64,000 nt of DNA from Coniocarpon cinnabarinum (GCA_051942205.1 JAVECO010000014.1:62001-126000), one strand, 5' to 3'. Positions 44,272 to 57,909 are shown, counted from the stretch's first letter. Notes: generated from the letters alone by a model not told the origin. A program made the numbers and translations.

Positions 44272-46145
44272 ATGCCTCCGACAGCTTCGGAGCAGACTGT
44301 TATCACCCTGTAAGAGCTGCGCGGATCCCTAAATGTGTGACATAGATACTAATCACAGCCAACAGCTTCGCTGATGTACACTACTGTCTTTCGCCTCCGA
44401 ACCACCGCCCAAGACAGTCCCGGTTCGAGAAGTCTTCTTATGTCTACCTCTACACCACACCTTCGCTCTCTGCGCGCATCGAGATCGCCAATAATCCAGG
44501 CACACCACATCAAGATGCCTTCACAGGCTCACTCACACACATCAGCATCAAGCACTCGAAACGACAACCCCACCTCGTCACGTTCGAAGTCATGCGCCGC
44601 GTTGACGGAGACAGCATGTGGCAGCTCCGTAGTCCAGATAACAGCGGTCGTCTAGATCTGTTGCACGCTCTCGACGTATATTTCTTCATCGGACCAGACG
44701 CCCTCAAGTTTGTGGATGCTTGCGGCCGGTTGAATATCGGAGAGGTACTGGTCGACGGACAGAAACGCGGGGCTGCCAGAGCATCGCCCGATCAAAGAGA
44801 TACAGTCAGCCCTGTGGTACAGAAGCTCGAACAAGCGGCGATTAGTCAACCGCAGCCCACGCATCCTTCACAGCGTAGTGATAGTGTCAGTACAATTGCC
44901 AGTAATGTCCACCCGGCACCCAGCTTCCCGCCTCCGCCGCCAGGAGGACCGCAAGCACAAGCGGGCCAGCAACAACAGCCTCTGGCTTACAATCCAGCTG
45001 CACCGCCTGCGCCGGAGCCAATTGCTCATCGAGAGAAAACCCCACCGCCACCCGATAATCAAGGTACTGGATTGAAGAATACGGAGTATCATGAGCAGAG
45101 CCCTGGCAATGGTTACACGTTCAATGCTCAGCAAGGGAGTCGACAAGGTTCCGTAGGCAGCGGGTATACAGGCCAGCAACAATCATATCATCCTCAAAAC
45201 ACGACGCCCTCGTTCTCACCGCCGCCTTCCTCTGTCGGCCATGCCGGCTCCTTTCCTCCGCCACCACCGCAAACGCATCATACGCCACCAAATCATACAT
45301 CCGCCTATCCCACGCCTCCCTCATCAAGCCAACAACATCAACAACACCATCCAAGCTTCTCGCAACAACCGACTTCACCCGGCTACCCGCCCCCGCCTTC
45401 TACACAACAGCAACGCACAAACTCTCTGCCCTTCCAACAATACGCGTCTCCTCCTACATCACCAGGTCATCCACCAGCCCAAAGCAGCGTACCAGCAGCG
45501 TATCAGCCTTCATTAGGTTCGCCCGCTCCGAACTCAGGGAATCCGACGCATCCGTCAAACCCGGCAGCGACGTCGTATATTGGTCATCAGTCGCCAAGTC
45601 CATATCATAATAGTTCGCCTTATCAGCCACAGCATCCACCTCAGCAGCCACAGCAAGCACTTTACAGCACGGGCTCGGCGCCGCAGAGTCCAGGCTTCCC
45701 GCCGCAGAGTCCGGGATATACACCCGGGACACCGGGCTATGCGCCAGGAACGCCAGGATATCCACCAGGCACGCCGGGTCATCCGCCAAGCGCACAGGGT
45801 TACTCGCAAGGACAAAGCTACAGTCAAGGTGCAAGCCAACCACATTCTCAAAGCTTCAGTCAGGGCCCCAGCCCAGGTCAGAGCTATAGCCAAGGTACAG
45901 GTCCAGGTCAGAGTCAGAGCTTCAGTCAGACGCCAGCCCAAGGACCAGGACAAGGTCAGAGATCAGGCTCACTGCCCAGCGCGCAGAGTATCCACCAAAG
46001 CGTGTACATGCCTTCCGAATCCGAGCGTCCCGGTCCCAAACTAACTTCAGGACGCGAACAAGTGCAAGGAAAACTCGGCGACCGCGCGGATCGCGTAGAG
46101 AAGGGCGTGAATCGGTTTCTGAAGCGGTTGGATAAGCATTGGTAG
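44272..46145 (+). CDS. Conserved fungal protein with a globular N-terminal domain and a long P/Q/S-rich tail, 2 exons
   Basis: Spliced N-terminus LFADVHYCLSPP...RFEKSSYVYLY; SPVVQKLEQAAI, YNPAAPPAPEPIAHREKTPPP, C-terminal RVEKGVNRFLKRLDK. Confidence 0.85.
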
Positions 46146-46326
46146 TTCTCCTCTGCTTCTACGCGAAGCAAACAGTCACGCGTTATAAAATAGCATAGTT
46201 TACGTTGATGCATCGTCACATCCATGGACGCCAATGAAGACCTTCATTGCCCCAATCTCTTCTTCGATATGCATCACTCAAAAGCCGTGGTGTCAAAGAC
46301 GTATTCTTGGCTATGTGCTATGTGCA

Positions 46327-49300
46327 CTAATAAGCACCCGCCCGAGGACTAAAACCCGTCTGCGGCGCCGCGACCACATCCCCATACCCCGACTGCACCG
46401 TCGCGGTGTTCACCAGGGAAAAGCCATCGAGATTTGCGCCCTGCGCATCCATGTTGAATAGCGTCACAGCGACGTAATTGCTTCCTTGATGGTTGAGAAT
46501 GCCCTCTGGGACGGGGAAGAGTTGTTGAGGGCCGACGTTGGAGACGTATTTGCCGAATTGATAGCCGTTTACGTAGAGATTGGTGCGGGAGGCGGAGGTA
46601 TTGTTTGTGAAAGAGAAGGAGAGGGGGATATCTTTCAGTCGTTAGTTTTGTCGAGCTTGATGATGGGTGGAAAGGAAGTGGGGAAGTGAAAGGGCAGGAG
46701 TGGGAAAGGGAGAGGGAGTGGAATGCTTACCATAGCCTTTGGGTAAGTCTAGGTCAAAGTTCACGCCGTAGAATCCGACACCTGGCGCACTGAGTCCGTC
46801 ATATGGACTACTGTCATTGAACGCATCGAGCGGTGCACCAGGGAGATGGTATCCCTGTCTGACAGCGTAATACCCGTCTTCATTCAACGGTCCACGAGTC
46901 AAGTCAGCGTAGTTCTCACCACCCAGGTTCCCCGTCAATTTCCAGCTGACGTCGCTCTTCTCCCGACCACCTAGCGTGTAATCCAGAATCCCACGAGGGC
47001 TCTTGAGACCGCTATCGCCGGCGTCGTAGTTCTCATCGAGACCCGTGAGATCAATCACAATGGTCAAAACGTAGTTGCTCCCGCTCGTGAGGTTCGAGAG
47101 AGGGAAGGTCGTGGTGTAATTGGCATTGGTGTTATCACCTGGCCAAGCACCGAGAAAGGTGTCATTAAGCCACGTCGCCGACGCAAAGGCGATTCCACCC
47201 TGTGCATTGACGGAGAACGAAGTCTCGGCGCCGCTTGCAGTGAAGTGGCCGCGGAAGACGAGGGAGCCATATGAGAAGCCGTAGTCGCCGCCGTAGAGTG
47301 AGACCGGGGTGGTGAAATTGTTGAACTGGATGTTCGGAGAGGAGGTCAAGTTAGCCACAGGCCATGCGGAGTCATCGTACGACGCCTGAATTTCGGGGAG
47401 CGAGTCGATGAATTTCCAACCGGCGGTTGAGAAGTCAGGGAGAGAGACTTCAGGAGCGGTGTAGGTGAGGTTGCCTGAGACGGCGCCTGTGGTGGGGTTG
47501 GTCGTGGTTGCAACGTCTTCGCCGTTGAATGTGAGCTTGGCGATGTTCTTGTCGGTAGGTGCCAAGACCGAGACTGGTACGGAGGCATTGAGATCGCCGG
47601 CGATGTCGAGCTGGCCTGCAGCGCTGAAGGTGGCGTTGCGGACGAGGTAGCCGGCTTGGACGATGGTGTCGTTGAAGACCCAGTGATTGTAGGCAGTGTT
47701 GCGGTCGACGAGGTAGGCCGTCAGAGCTAGGCCGTCGAACTGGACAATGTAGGGGTCAGGACTAGTTTGCCAGTTGACGACCGTAGCATTGCCGCGCGTC
47801 TCTTGCGTAACAGTACCGCCCGCGACTTGCGAGAACTCAGGGTTGCCTGCAACGGCAAGCTCGTGCTGCTCGCCTGGTCCGCCATACACGATCAGGACAG
47901 AGCCTGCAGAGCTATTCTTCCAAGTGAAGACCTCGGCTGTGGAGTAGGCCAAATCGTATTGGCCCACATTGTAGTTCTGGACATGAATCTTGGAGTCGCG
48001 ACCCGGCAGAGTCAACTGGCCGCCAAGTTGCGGAACCGTCAAGTTGCCACCTAACGTCAAGGAGTAATTTGTCGAGTCTTCGCTGTTGTATGCCGCATGC
48101 CGAACAACGTAGAAGTTGGTGTCAGTTCCGTTACCGAACAAGGGTGTGACGGCAAGAGTTGGGTTGTCGGTATAGCTGCCGTTGGTGGTATTGCCAGGAG
48201 TGGCGGTGAGATACGCAGGTGAGGCTTGGGCAAAATTGGCGATCAGCTTAGCCTCGCTGTACTTCTCACGATTCACTGTCCTGTCCTCCATGATAACAGC
48301 TCCATAGTCGTAAGACGTGTAGCCTTGCGGGTAGCCGATATTGCCCCAGTTGGTGCCACCATATGTCATGTAGATATTGAAGATGGTGACACCGAACGCA
48401 AGATTGTTCTTGTAGAAGACACGTTCGAATTGGTCATTGAGGAGAATGGCGCAGCTGTTGAAGCCATATCCTCCCCACGGGTCGAACGATCCGCCTTGGA
48501 ACTCAATAAGTGAGTACGGCGTGGTAGGGCTTTGTTCCTCGTGTAGCGTCCGGAAGTTCGTGGGCAAAGCACCGTCATTCCAAGTGTATGGTGATCGGCA
48601 ATTAAAGCCTTGAGGATACGAGTCGTGGCCGTAGATATCGACTGCTGCTGGTGTTCCTGGAGCGAAAAGCCCCTTTGGTGCGTTGTCGTTGCTGATCAAT
48701 GGCACGACTATGCCAGCGTTCCTGTATTGATCTTCCACGGTTTGAAAATAGTCATAATCAGGGAAGAGGACACCATCGGTGGCACCATCATATTCGTTCT
48801 CTGGCTGGAGAAGAATCACCGGGCCTCCATTCGTGATCTGAGCATCCGCGATGATGCCAGAGACGGAGCTGACGTAGTTCTGGGTGGCATCAATGTAGTT
48901 TGTCTGATTTGTCCTCAGAAGAGCATCAACACGTGACAGCCAGCCAGGGAAACCACCGCCCGAGACTTCAGCGTTGATGTATGGACCCGGGCGGGCAAGT
49001 AAGTAGATACCGGCTTGGGTGGCGGCTTCGAAGAAGGGCACAAGGTCGAAGATGCCCTCAGATCTGAAGGTGCCCTGCAAGGTCACTATCAGCATTGTGG
49101 GGCAAGACTATCAATTATGCATAGCTATGAGGGCCGTTGTACTATGAATACGACTATGTCGCAGAGCTCGTAGCTACGACGGTGCTACACGCCGGTCGCT
49201 ACTATCTCAATACAAGATGCACTCACCTCAGTCCCTTCAAGCAAAGACCAGTCCACATAAAACGATACGCCGCTGTACCCTAGAGCTCTGATTTTCTGGA

Positions 49301-49538
49301 AGACGTCGAGCCATTGGCCAGGCACCGGAAGTCGGTACGGATGGTATTCGCCACTGTAGAAGAAGATGCGCTCGCCGTATACATACAAGCTGTGCTCATC
49401 CCAGGTGACAATGTCTTGCAGAGGCGCGCGCTTGTAGGGTTTGATGAGGTCGGTCGGCTTGCCATTCAGGGGAGACGCAGTCACCAAGACTATGGCAGCC
49501 AGCAGCGCCAGAAGCCGGCACAGACTGTTGAACACCAT
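46327..49538 (-). CDS. lacA: Secreted GH35 beta-galactosidase (LacA-like), 3 exons
   Basis: Signal peptide; [78 protein letters not shown]. Confidence 0.95.
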
Positions 49539-50287
49539 CTCGCCGGGCCCAAGAATCCAGTGGGAAGCGAGGTGTCCAAGAAGACTGCGATGCCGGCGGG
49601 GGTTCCATCGTACTTAAGGCAGCTCCTGCTGGAGAGTGACAGGCCTGGCAGCACATCATCGCCATCTCGCCAAGGGTTGTAGCTTGAAAGTCTCTCCACA
49701 AAGATCCACAGCAGCAGTCCGGGGCTTCGAGTGCCGAAGACAGACGATCATGCAGGAACAGGCAGGCGTTCTGCAGCGCGACCAGAGGAGAGGCGCGGAG
49801 ATCATTGGACTTGATCGCGGCCCTAAACCAGGCTGGTAGTAGGCTGGATTGTTCCACGGTTCCTGGTTCTATTTGCCACCTTCCCTTTTTGGGATTCCCC
49901 CTCTGAAGGCACGATGGTCATCACGCCCTCAACCATCATTTGTCTCTGCTTCTGGTGCGTGGCTCTTGGCAGATGCACTCAATACATCACAAGTGCTCAT
50001 TGAATGTTCTCACGCAGCGACAATCGTATACGCTTTGTGGCATCTCAGCACTCACTGCACACCAAGACCGCGGGGTAATAGGGTATGCATAAAAACGGCC
50101 CGGAGCTTGGACCAGGCGTTCCTCGGTACTGCCGCGCGCAGTCACGGGAACGCGCGACGACTCGTGTCTTCTGAATGGGGTTAATAATCTTTCGTATCGT
50201 GGTCTCCAACCTATGTCAGGAACGCCCAACGTGATGCTACAATATGTACAAGTACCCAACTCTTCACTTTTGCCACCCCCAGTACAC

Positions 50288-53200
50288 CTACTCGCCCTTG
50301 AGCTTGTCCTGCTTCACCGAGTAGGCCATCTCCAGCAGGTCTTTCTCCTCCTTCAAGTGTGTCCCCTTCAGACCGGTCGCTACACTGGCACTTGGCGGCC
50401 TCCCAGCGTACATGACGTGTCGCCGGTTGTGATGGTGCGTGCTGTTCAGCAGCGTCTCAATTCGTGGTTGAGTGAAGGCCCAGGCGCCTGCGTTCAATGG
50501 CTCTTCCTGGGCCCACACGATCGTCTGAGCATTAGGGTAGCTGTCGAGGTTCTCCTGCAGCTGCGCCCATGGGAAAGGATTCAGTTGCTCAATGCGGGTA
50601 ATAGCTACGTCCTTGAGTTCTTCGTGTTGCTCGCGATGTTTGACGAGCGCAGCGTAAACTTGGCCAGTGCAGAGAATGACACGGTTGATCTGATCATGCG
50701 AGTTGATCTTGCCTTCGTCATGCGCCGGGTCTGAGATGATCCACCTGAAGTGGCTCTCGCTTGTAAACTCGTCCAGATTTGAGCGCGCAAGTGGATGTCG
50801 AAGGAGCGACTTTGAGAAGAAGAGGATTAGTGCTATAGGTGAGTCAGCAAAATTTGATAATCGTCACGGGGTTGTGCAACACTCACGCTTTCGGAATTGA
50901 CGATTCATTTGTCGCCTCAGTAAGTGGAAAGTGTTGGCGGGTGTTGTGCAGTATGCGATTTGCATGTTGCAGTCTTGGTGTTGTCGCTCCAATTTCTCTG
51001 GAACTGGGAAGATTGTGGGATCTTCGTTGCATAGCTGCAGGTATCGTTCGATCCGACCAGATGAGTGCTCTGGTCCCTGTCCATCGTACCCGTGTGGCAG
51101 ATTCATAACCAGTCCAGACCGTTGCAGCCATTTCACTTCACCAGAAGCAATGAATTGGTCAATGACACATTGAGCGTTGTTGGCAAAGTCACCGAATTGC
51201 GCTTCCCACATGACCAGAGCGTTTGGCGAAGACAAAGAATACCCGTATTCAAAGCCAAGAGCGCCGTACTCACTCAGAGACGAATTCGAGATAACGAACG
51301 TAGACTGGCCTTCCTTGAGATGCTGCAGAGGCGTGTAGGTACTTTCGTTCTCTTGGTCGTGGAGCACGGCATGCCGTTGTGAGAAGGTGCCACGCTCGAC
51401 GTCCTGGCCTGACACTCGCACATGGTGGCCCTCAAGTACAAGACTGCCAAATGCCAGAGCTTCTGCTGTAGCCATGTCGATACCAGAGCCTTCTTCAACC
51501 GTCTTCGTCCGGTTCTGGAGAATGCGCTTGAGGTTGCGATGAGTGTGGAAATCTTCTGGAGGCTGACCGATAATTCTGCCGATCTCTTTCAAAGTAGTCT
51601 CATCAACAGCGGTAGATTCGTGCGGCAGCACCTCTGTGGCCAGCTCTTTGGGCGATTTGAAACCATGCCATGCTGAAGTCAGCCATTCCTTAGAGGTGGG
51701 CTGGTAGTCTTTGCTGCGGTTGAAGCTGTCGTCCAGCATGCCCCAAACCCATTTCTTATGCTCATCAATGTCCTCTCTGGTGAAGGTGTGATCTTCTAAG
51801 AGCTTGTTGACATACGAGTCCAGTGCTGGCTTCTGCTGCGAAATGCGCTTGTACATCAAAGGCTGTGTAAAGGATGGCTGATCAGTCTCGTTGTGACCTT
51901 GCTTTCGGTAGCACACAATGTCAATCACGCAATCCGTTCGGAAGGTCGCGCGCCAGTCTGATGCGAGCTGACAGATGAAGTTGAGCGCTTCTACGTCGTC
52001 GCCGTTGACATGGAAGATGGGTGCTTCAATAGTCTTTGCAATGTCAGAGCAGTATGGCGTCGAACGTGCGAATCGCGGATCTGTGGTAAACCCAATCTGG
52101 TTGTTGACCACTATGTGAATCGTTCCTCCAGTGTGATATGCTGGCAGCGAGTGCATGCCAATAGTCTCATACACAACGCCTTGCGCAGCAAATGCTGCAT
52201 CGCCATGGAGAAGTACGCCCATGGCAGTTGTGCCATCCTTCTCGTCTGCATTATAATGCATAATCGCACGAGTCTTGCCCAAGACGACAGGATCCTCAGC
52301 TTCCAAATGCGAAGGATTGGCGACGAGTGACAACTGTACGCGCTTGCCTGAAGGCGTGGGACGTTCGAAGTTCATACCGAGATGATATTTGACGTCTCCA
52401 GAACCTTCATCTGATGGCTCTGCCGAGCCGCCAAACTCACTAAAAATTGACTCGTTGGGCTTCCTAACAACGTTGCTGAGCACATTCAATCGACCACGAT
52501 GAGGCATTCCAATGACGATGTCCTTAACGCCGTAGTCGACACTGCGATCAATAAGAGCTTTCATGCCTGGAATTAGTGTTTCGCAGCCTTCGAGTCCAAA
52601 TCGTTTATCGTTAGGGAACTTTGTGGTCAAGAACGACTCAAAGCTTGTGCCCCAGATTAGACGATCAAGAATGCGCCTTTTCTCATCCACTGAGTATTTG
52701 TATGGCTGCGCGACTTCCATGCGCTCACGCAACCAGTCGCATTTCTCTCGATCTGAAATGTGGATGTACTCAACTCCATACGGACCACAGTAAAGCCTTT
52801 CGCAGGCGTCGATGATGTCTCTCAACTTCATTTTCTGACGCTGCTCCGTTCGAAAGTGTGGAAGGATGCCTGGCCCAAGCGCAAACTCGGACTCCATGTC
52901 CTGTTCGCTGAAGTTGTAATGGGAGAGCTCGAGTTCCTTGGGTTTGTGGACATCAAATTCTTCGCTCTCCCTACGGATTCCCAACGGGTCTATCTTCGCC
53001 TTGTGATGACCTCGCGCCTGGTATGCTCGGACGAGCAGTTGAACCTTCAAATGGTTTGATACATCGGAACCCTCGGCAGAAGTGGTGGCGGAAGCTCCAG
53101 GTGAAAACATCGGCACACCACCCTCAGGCGTCGGCACGAGTGTAGGGGGAGGCTGGAAGGCTTGTGACATGGGCATTTGTCCAGACTCCATGTTTCGAAA

Positions 53201-53575
53201 GTAGGTCTGCCATGACACATGCACGCTGGAAGTGTCGTGCTTCCAGGCCAGGTACATTTCATCCACGTAGTTCGCAGCGTTTCCTTGCAGAAACGAATCA
53301 TTGGGATCCTAGAGTAGCCAAGTCAGCTCCGAAGTGAAAGAGCGTGCTCGCCTTCGATCAGGCGTTGCACATACTACGCCATTGGCTTGCGCCACAGGCT
53401 GAGCATAGTGGCATCGCTGTGTTCTCCATGACTGAAGTGCCAGTGGTGCTCGTCTCAGCGTGAGCGCACACTGTCCTCGAGTCTTTGGCAAAGTCGAAAA
53501 GTTGATGTGAAATTGACGTGCAGAGGCCGCTCCAAGGCGGGGGAGCCGCGCCCTGCTGCAGGTTCGGTATGACAT
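50288..53575 (-). CDS. KGD1: 2-oxoglutarate dehydrogenase E1 component, mitochondrial, 3 exons
   Basis: Mitochondrial presequence; [70 protein letters not shown]. Confidence 0.98.
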
Positions 53576-54082
53576 GCTTAGCAGAAAGGTGCGAATCAGA
53601 AAGTATGGATGAAACGATGCATCTCTACTAGTTTGAATACACGAAAAATGTCTGCTGTCAAGTGTGAGCGCCTTGCGCAAAAGAAGTAGAGCAGGAGGTA
53701 GCATCGAGCGTGACTTCTTGCCCAAGCTCAAAGCGCTAACACCCTCCCATCCCGCTATTCCGTATTCGTCATATATTACTGACATAGGAAATTTTTGTCT
53801 ATGCACCTTTGTCAGGTCTCATCAAAGGTGTTCCTTCTACAGCTGTTTCACTCCATCGTGCGCAATACTTCCACTTCTGACAGCCCCGTCATTTCATACT
53901 CAATGGACGCGGCTCTGTCGCTCTCGTCGAGCTTGTCAAGCCACTTACGCATTCTGCGTCTCCAGCTCACCGCCACGAAAAGGCAGCGCTTCAATTGCCT
54001 CAGCTCAGATTTCTGAACCCATTCAGGCGTCGTCTCACGTATGAGAATCTTGCGCAGCTGAATCTATTCGTATTCGTCCTTC

Positions 54083-54340
54083 AAATGTTTCTTCTTGAAG
54101 AATCGTCCTGCCGTCAGCTTCTTGGTCCTAAGGTCGAGCACTAGAAGCCGCAGTGATTGCGCAATCCGGCTACGGCTAAATGCCCTTGACTCTGGCTAGG
54201 ACCCTTTTTCTCGCAGTATTTCGTCCTTGAAAGGCTTGACTGTGATGGCATTTGCATAGAAAGAGGTTGTAGGTTCTCCGCGAGATTAACTTTCCCACCC
54301 TGCCGATAGCCTAGGGTATCTCGTGTACTGCTCTTCTAGT
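54083..54340 (-). ncRNA. Candidate structured RNA (H/ACA-like layout) upstream of KGD1
   Basis: Two ~80-nt hairpins folded by hand (54257-54338 and 54124-54203, the second with several G-U pairs on the minus strand), AGAAAAA between them, ACAUUU at the 3' end; no family identified. Confidence 0.3.
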
Positions 54341-54642
54341 AAACTTGTCTGCGCCGCCGCTCACTACTCCGAAATATCATAAACAGTGGATTATCGAAGT
54401 TAATAGTTCGCAATACAATACCAGCTCCCAGACTGAATTCGCGTTGCTAAGAAGTGTCTTTGGACGTGCGTTTCCGCAAAAAAAATCCCAGTTCGATGGC
54501 GTGCGCCTTCACCACTGTCTTGTTCAGCTCCGCGATCCGCACATGACTCGTACACAGCTAAAGTAGTCCTGACATCGGCATCAGGATTAAGCAAGGCTTC
54601 AGAACGGTTTCAAGTCGCGTTGGTCGAGCAGACACCTGCATC

Positions 54643-56065
54643 ATGACGAACCACCTCACCTCCCGACAAGCGGAAGAGCTGTACGTTTCCATTTACTGAA
54701 ACGCCATTCCCATGCGCTAACCAACACAGACACAAATCCATCATCGCCTACCTCACCGCCGCCGGCCTCTCCCAAAGCGCAGACTCCCTGCGCTCCGAGC
54801 TCAATCTCACAGACACATTTGACGACGCAACACGAAAAAAGTATGAGGGACTACTGGAGAAAAAATGGACCTCCGTCGTGCGGTTACAGAAGAAGATTAT
54901 GGATTTAGAAGCCCGTGCCCAAAACTTGCAATCTGAGCTCGACTCCGCCACACCGACCTCGCTCTCGAGACGAAATGCAGATCCCACTACTTGGTTGCCT
55001 AGGTCTCCGGCGCGACACACGCTGCAATCGCATCGGCAGGGAGTGACGTGTGTTGCATTTCACCCGATTTTCTCTTCGCTGGCGTCGGGCGGGGAAGACA
55101 CGACAATCAAGATATGGGATTATGAGCTTGGTGAGCTCGAGCGGACAGTTAAAGGTCATACGAGAGCTGTGTTAGACATTGACTACGGCGGTCCGCGCGG
55201 CGGCACACTCCTCGCATCATGCTCCTCAGACCTGACAATCAAACTTTGGGACCCATCAGACGACTACAAAAACATTCGGACATTACCAGGCCATGATCAC
55301 TCTGTTTCGGCTGTGCGATTTATACCATCCGGCTCAGCAGGCGCACCATTATCAGGCAACTTGCTCGTATCGGCAAGTAGGGATCGAACGTTAAGAATAT
55401 GGGACGTTACGACCGGTTATTGTATCAAGACCCTCCGCAGCCACGGTGATTGGGTCCGCGACGTCTCCCCGTCGATCGACGGCCGCTGGCTCCTTAGCGT
55501 GGGTGAGGACCGAACCGCGCGAATTTGGGACGCAGGCACCGGTGAGTGCAAAAATGCTATTTCTGCGCATGATCACGTCATTGAATGCTGCTGTTTCGCG
55601 CCCGCGTCTTCGTACCCCTACCTATCCGATCTAGCGGGACTGAAGAAACCGCCACCTCCTTCATCGTCTGCTGAATATCTAGCCACGGGTGCGAGGGACA
55701 AGATGATAAGACTGTGGGACGCACGGGGTACTTTGATAAAAACATTGGTCGGACATGATAATTGGATTCGCGCGCTTGTGTTCCATCCGGGTGGCAAATA
55801 TCTCCTCAGTGTGGCAGACGACAAGACCCTCCGGTGCTGGGACTTGGCGCAGGAATGCAAGTGCGTCAAAGTGCTGGATGACGCACACGGCCATTTCGTG
55901 AGCAGCTTGAGATGGGCCCCCAGTGTATACAAAGATCCAGCGGCGACGGGCGCACAGACGAATGGCGTAGTGAACGGCACAAAGAAGGAGGAGAGCAAGG
56001 AGCAGATACGGTGTGTGATAGCCACAGGGAGTGTGGATCTGAACGTTCGAGTGTTTGCATCGTGA
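54643..56065 (+). CDS. nudF: Nuclear distribution protein NudF/PAC1 (LIS1), 2 exons
   Basis: Lis[49 protein letters not shown]40 repeats, CVIATGSVD. Confidence 0.97.
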
Positions 56066-56253
56066 TCATCCTACTCGACGTTGAATAGATGGAAAAGGGC
56101 GAAGAATAGCATACGAGATTTTGATACCCACGAGGGATGAGGCGGAGAGCAATGAGCTCATGCATCTAGTGCACATAACGCATCTAGCTAGAGATATTCC
56201 AATGAGGTCGCGAGACCCTTCAAATCTATAATGATGTCTAGAGTGTCTTTCAG

Positions 56254-57909
56254 CTACCCCTTGGTCGCAGCCATCTCTTTCATCACCCCTCCACCCTTCC
56301 TAATCGCCGCCTCTACAGGCCTCACCAACGGTGCCACCAACATCTTCACTTCCTTCTCTCCAGGTCCCGCCTTCCCCTCATCAACCACAGCACGCCCTCT
56401 CGTCCTACGCGCGCGCTCCTGCCCCTCCTTCTTCAATTCTTCCAATCGTCCCTTCCGCACCACCTCCGCCGCCTCACCTTGACTCTTTAACCGCGCGAGA
56501 CTCTTCTCCAGCGCCCCCATCAAACTGGGCAATTCCGTCGCCAGCGTCGGCCCGCGCGTGGTGATCAGGCTCCAGAAATAGTGCAAGAATTCAGTGGTCG
56601 TCTGGTGCGTGAGGAGGATTTCTGTCAGATTGTCGCGGGACGTGGCGGGCCAGTTTAGGGCGGTGGCGATGGTTTCGGTGGAGGCAGAGGGGGAGGGCTG
56701 CGTGAAGGGTTGGGAGGGGGAGATGAGGTGTTGGATTTGGGCTGTGGCGCGTTTGAGAGCCGTCGTGTGTTGAGTACTGCTATTATTGTCGTCTTCGGAG
56801 TCTTCTGAGTCGGAGGAGTCGTCGTGGGGTTCGGGGAAGTTGATGGATGTTGAGAGGTTGAGGGCGCCGGTGCGGGCAGTGTTTACTTCATGTTGAATCG
56901 TGTTAAGCACATCCTTGGGCTTGGCTTTGTGCTTCGTACTCTGCTGTTTCGAATGTTTCGTCGATTGACTGTGTCCTCTCTTCGACAACCCAGCTTGGTC
57001 CTGAATCTTCAGCCTCACTCTATCCTCCTTCCCCTCGCTCTGCAAATCTCGCAACTGCAACTCCCGCCACGTCTCCTCATCCATTCCCACCGGCGCGTGC
57101 GGATCACTACTCGACCCGGGGTCTGCCGCCTCCGTACTCCCCATGATCGTCTCACTTGTCGCGTTCAATCGGCGAATAATCGGCATCTTGTCATTGCTCA
57201 GCACATCCTGCCGCATGTCCCAATCGGGCGCATTTCCCCTGTATTTAGTATTGCTCTCGTTCCCCTCTAGGTCGATATAATGCGGGACATGCTGCCCCGC
57301 GACCTGTTTGCCCAGTCGAATTCTCACTTCCTCATCCGACATGTCCAGATAGCGGTCTAGAAGCGGATGTCGTGGATCGTCCTCGCGAATCCGCTCACCG
57401 CGCAGCTTCTTGCATAATCGTCCTAAGAAAAACGCATTCCAGAACTGCGCCTCGCCCATTCGTTCTTTTTCAGGCCGCGCCGGGTCCGTGAGGTCATTGT
57501 ACGCCGTCTGAACCACAGGATGCATCCGAAAGATCTCACGCACATGCTCGCGCCCGAAGTCAATCCTCATGCCTCCCTCCTTGACCCGCGGCCTCACCTC
57601 ACTGAGGACGTTATACCGACCACGTCCCTGCTCCTTCTCGACGGCATGGGCTCTCAACAGATGCTGCCGCGACGCCCAGAAATCGCGAATGAACTGCGCC
57701 TGGCCGATGGACGCCGGTTTCTCTCTGAGCAGCTTGATGAAGACGCGACGTAGCTCTGCGTTCTCGGAGAGACATGACTGTTGCAGTTGGGCTTCTGGGC
57801 CAGGCGTTTTGGCTGGTTTAGACGTGCTGTCTGTTTTTTTGGGTTTCTTGCTATTGCTGCTGGCGGTGGCGTCTGCGGGTGCGGCGCGCTTTGGTTGCGG
57901 AGACGCCAT
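56254..57909 (-). CDS. TFB1: TFIIH subunit Tfb1/p62 (BSD domains), apparently lacking the N-terminal PH domain
   Basis: LQQSCLSENAEL...DFWASRQHLLRAHA...YNVLSEVRP, IFRMHPVV..AY, EAQFWNAFF.GRL.KKLRGE, IDLEGNE, LTHQTTTEFLHYFW. Confidence 0.85.
   Translation of the reverse strand: MASPQPKRAAPADATASSNSKKPKKTDSTSKPAKTPGPEAQLQQSCLSENAELRRVFIKLLREKPASIGQAQFIRDFWASRQHLLRAHAVEKEQGRGRYNVLSEVRPRVKEGGMRIDFGREHVREIFRMHPVVQTAYNDLTDPARPEKERMGEAQFWNAFFLGRLCKKLRGERIREDDPRHPLLDRYLDMSDEEVRIRLGKQVAGQHVPHYIDLEGNESNTKYRGNAPDWDMRQDVLSNDKMPIIRRLNATSETIMGSTEAADPGSSSDPHAPVGMDEETWRELQLRDLQSEGKEDRVRLKIQDQAGLSKRGHSQSTKHSKQQSTKHKAKPKDVLNTIQHEVNTARTGALNLSTSINFPEPHDDSSDSEDSEDDNNSSTQHTTALKRATAQIQHLISPSQPFTQPSPSASTETIATALNWPATSRDNLTEILLTHQTTTEFLHYFWSLITTRGPTLATELPSLMGALEKSLARLKSQGEAAEVVRKGRLEELKKEGQERARRTRGRAVVDEGKAGPGEKEVKMLVAPLVRPVEAAIRKGGGVMKEMAATKG

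Noticed and set aside
37393..53575. LYS12 and KGD1 as a 2-oxoacid metabolic cluster
   Set aside because: Separated by five unrelated genes; ordinary housekeeping neighbourhood
54280..54325. ACCCU...AGGGU-GGGAAA resembling RNase P P3/CR-I
   Set aside because: Lacks the UUCGG continuation, a specificity domain and a convincing CR-V; not called RNase P or MRP
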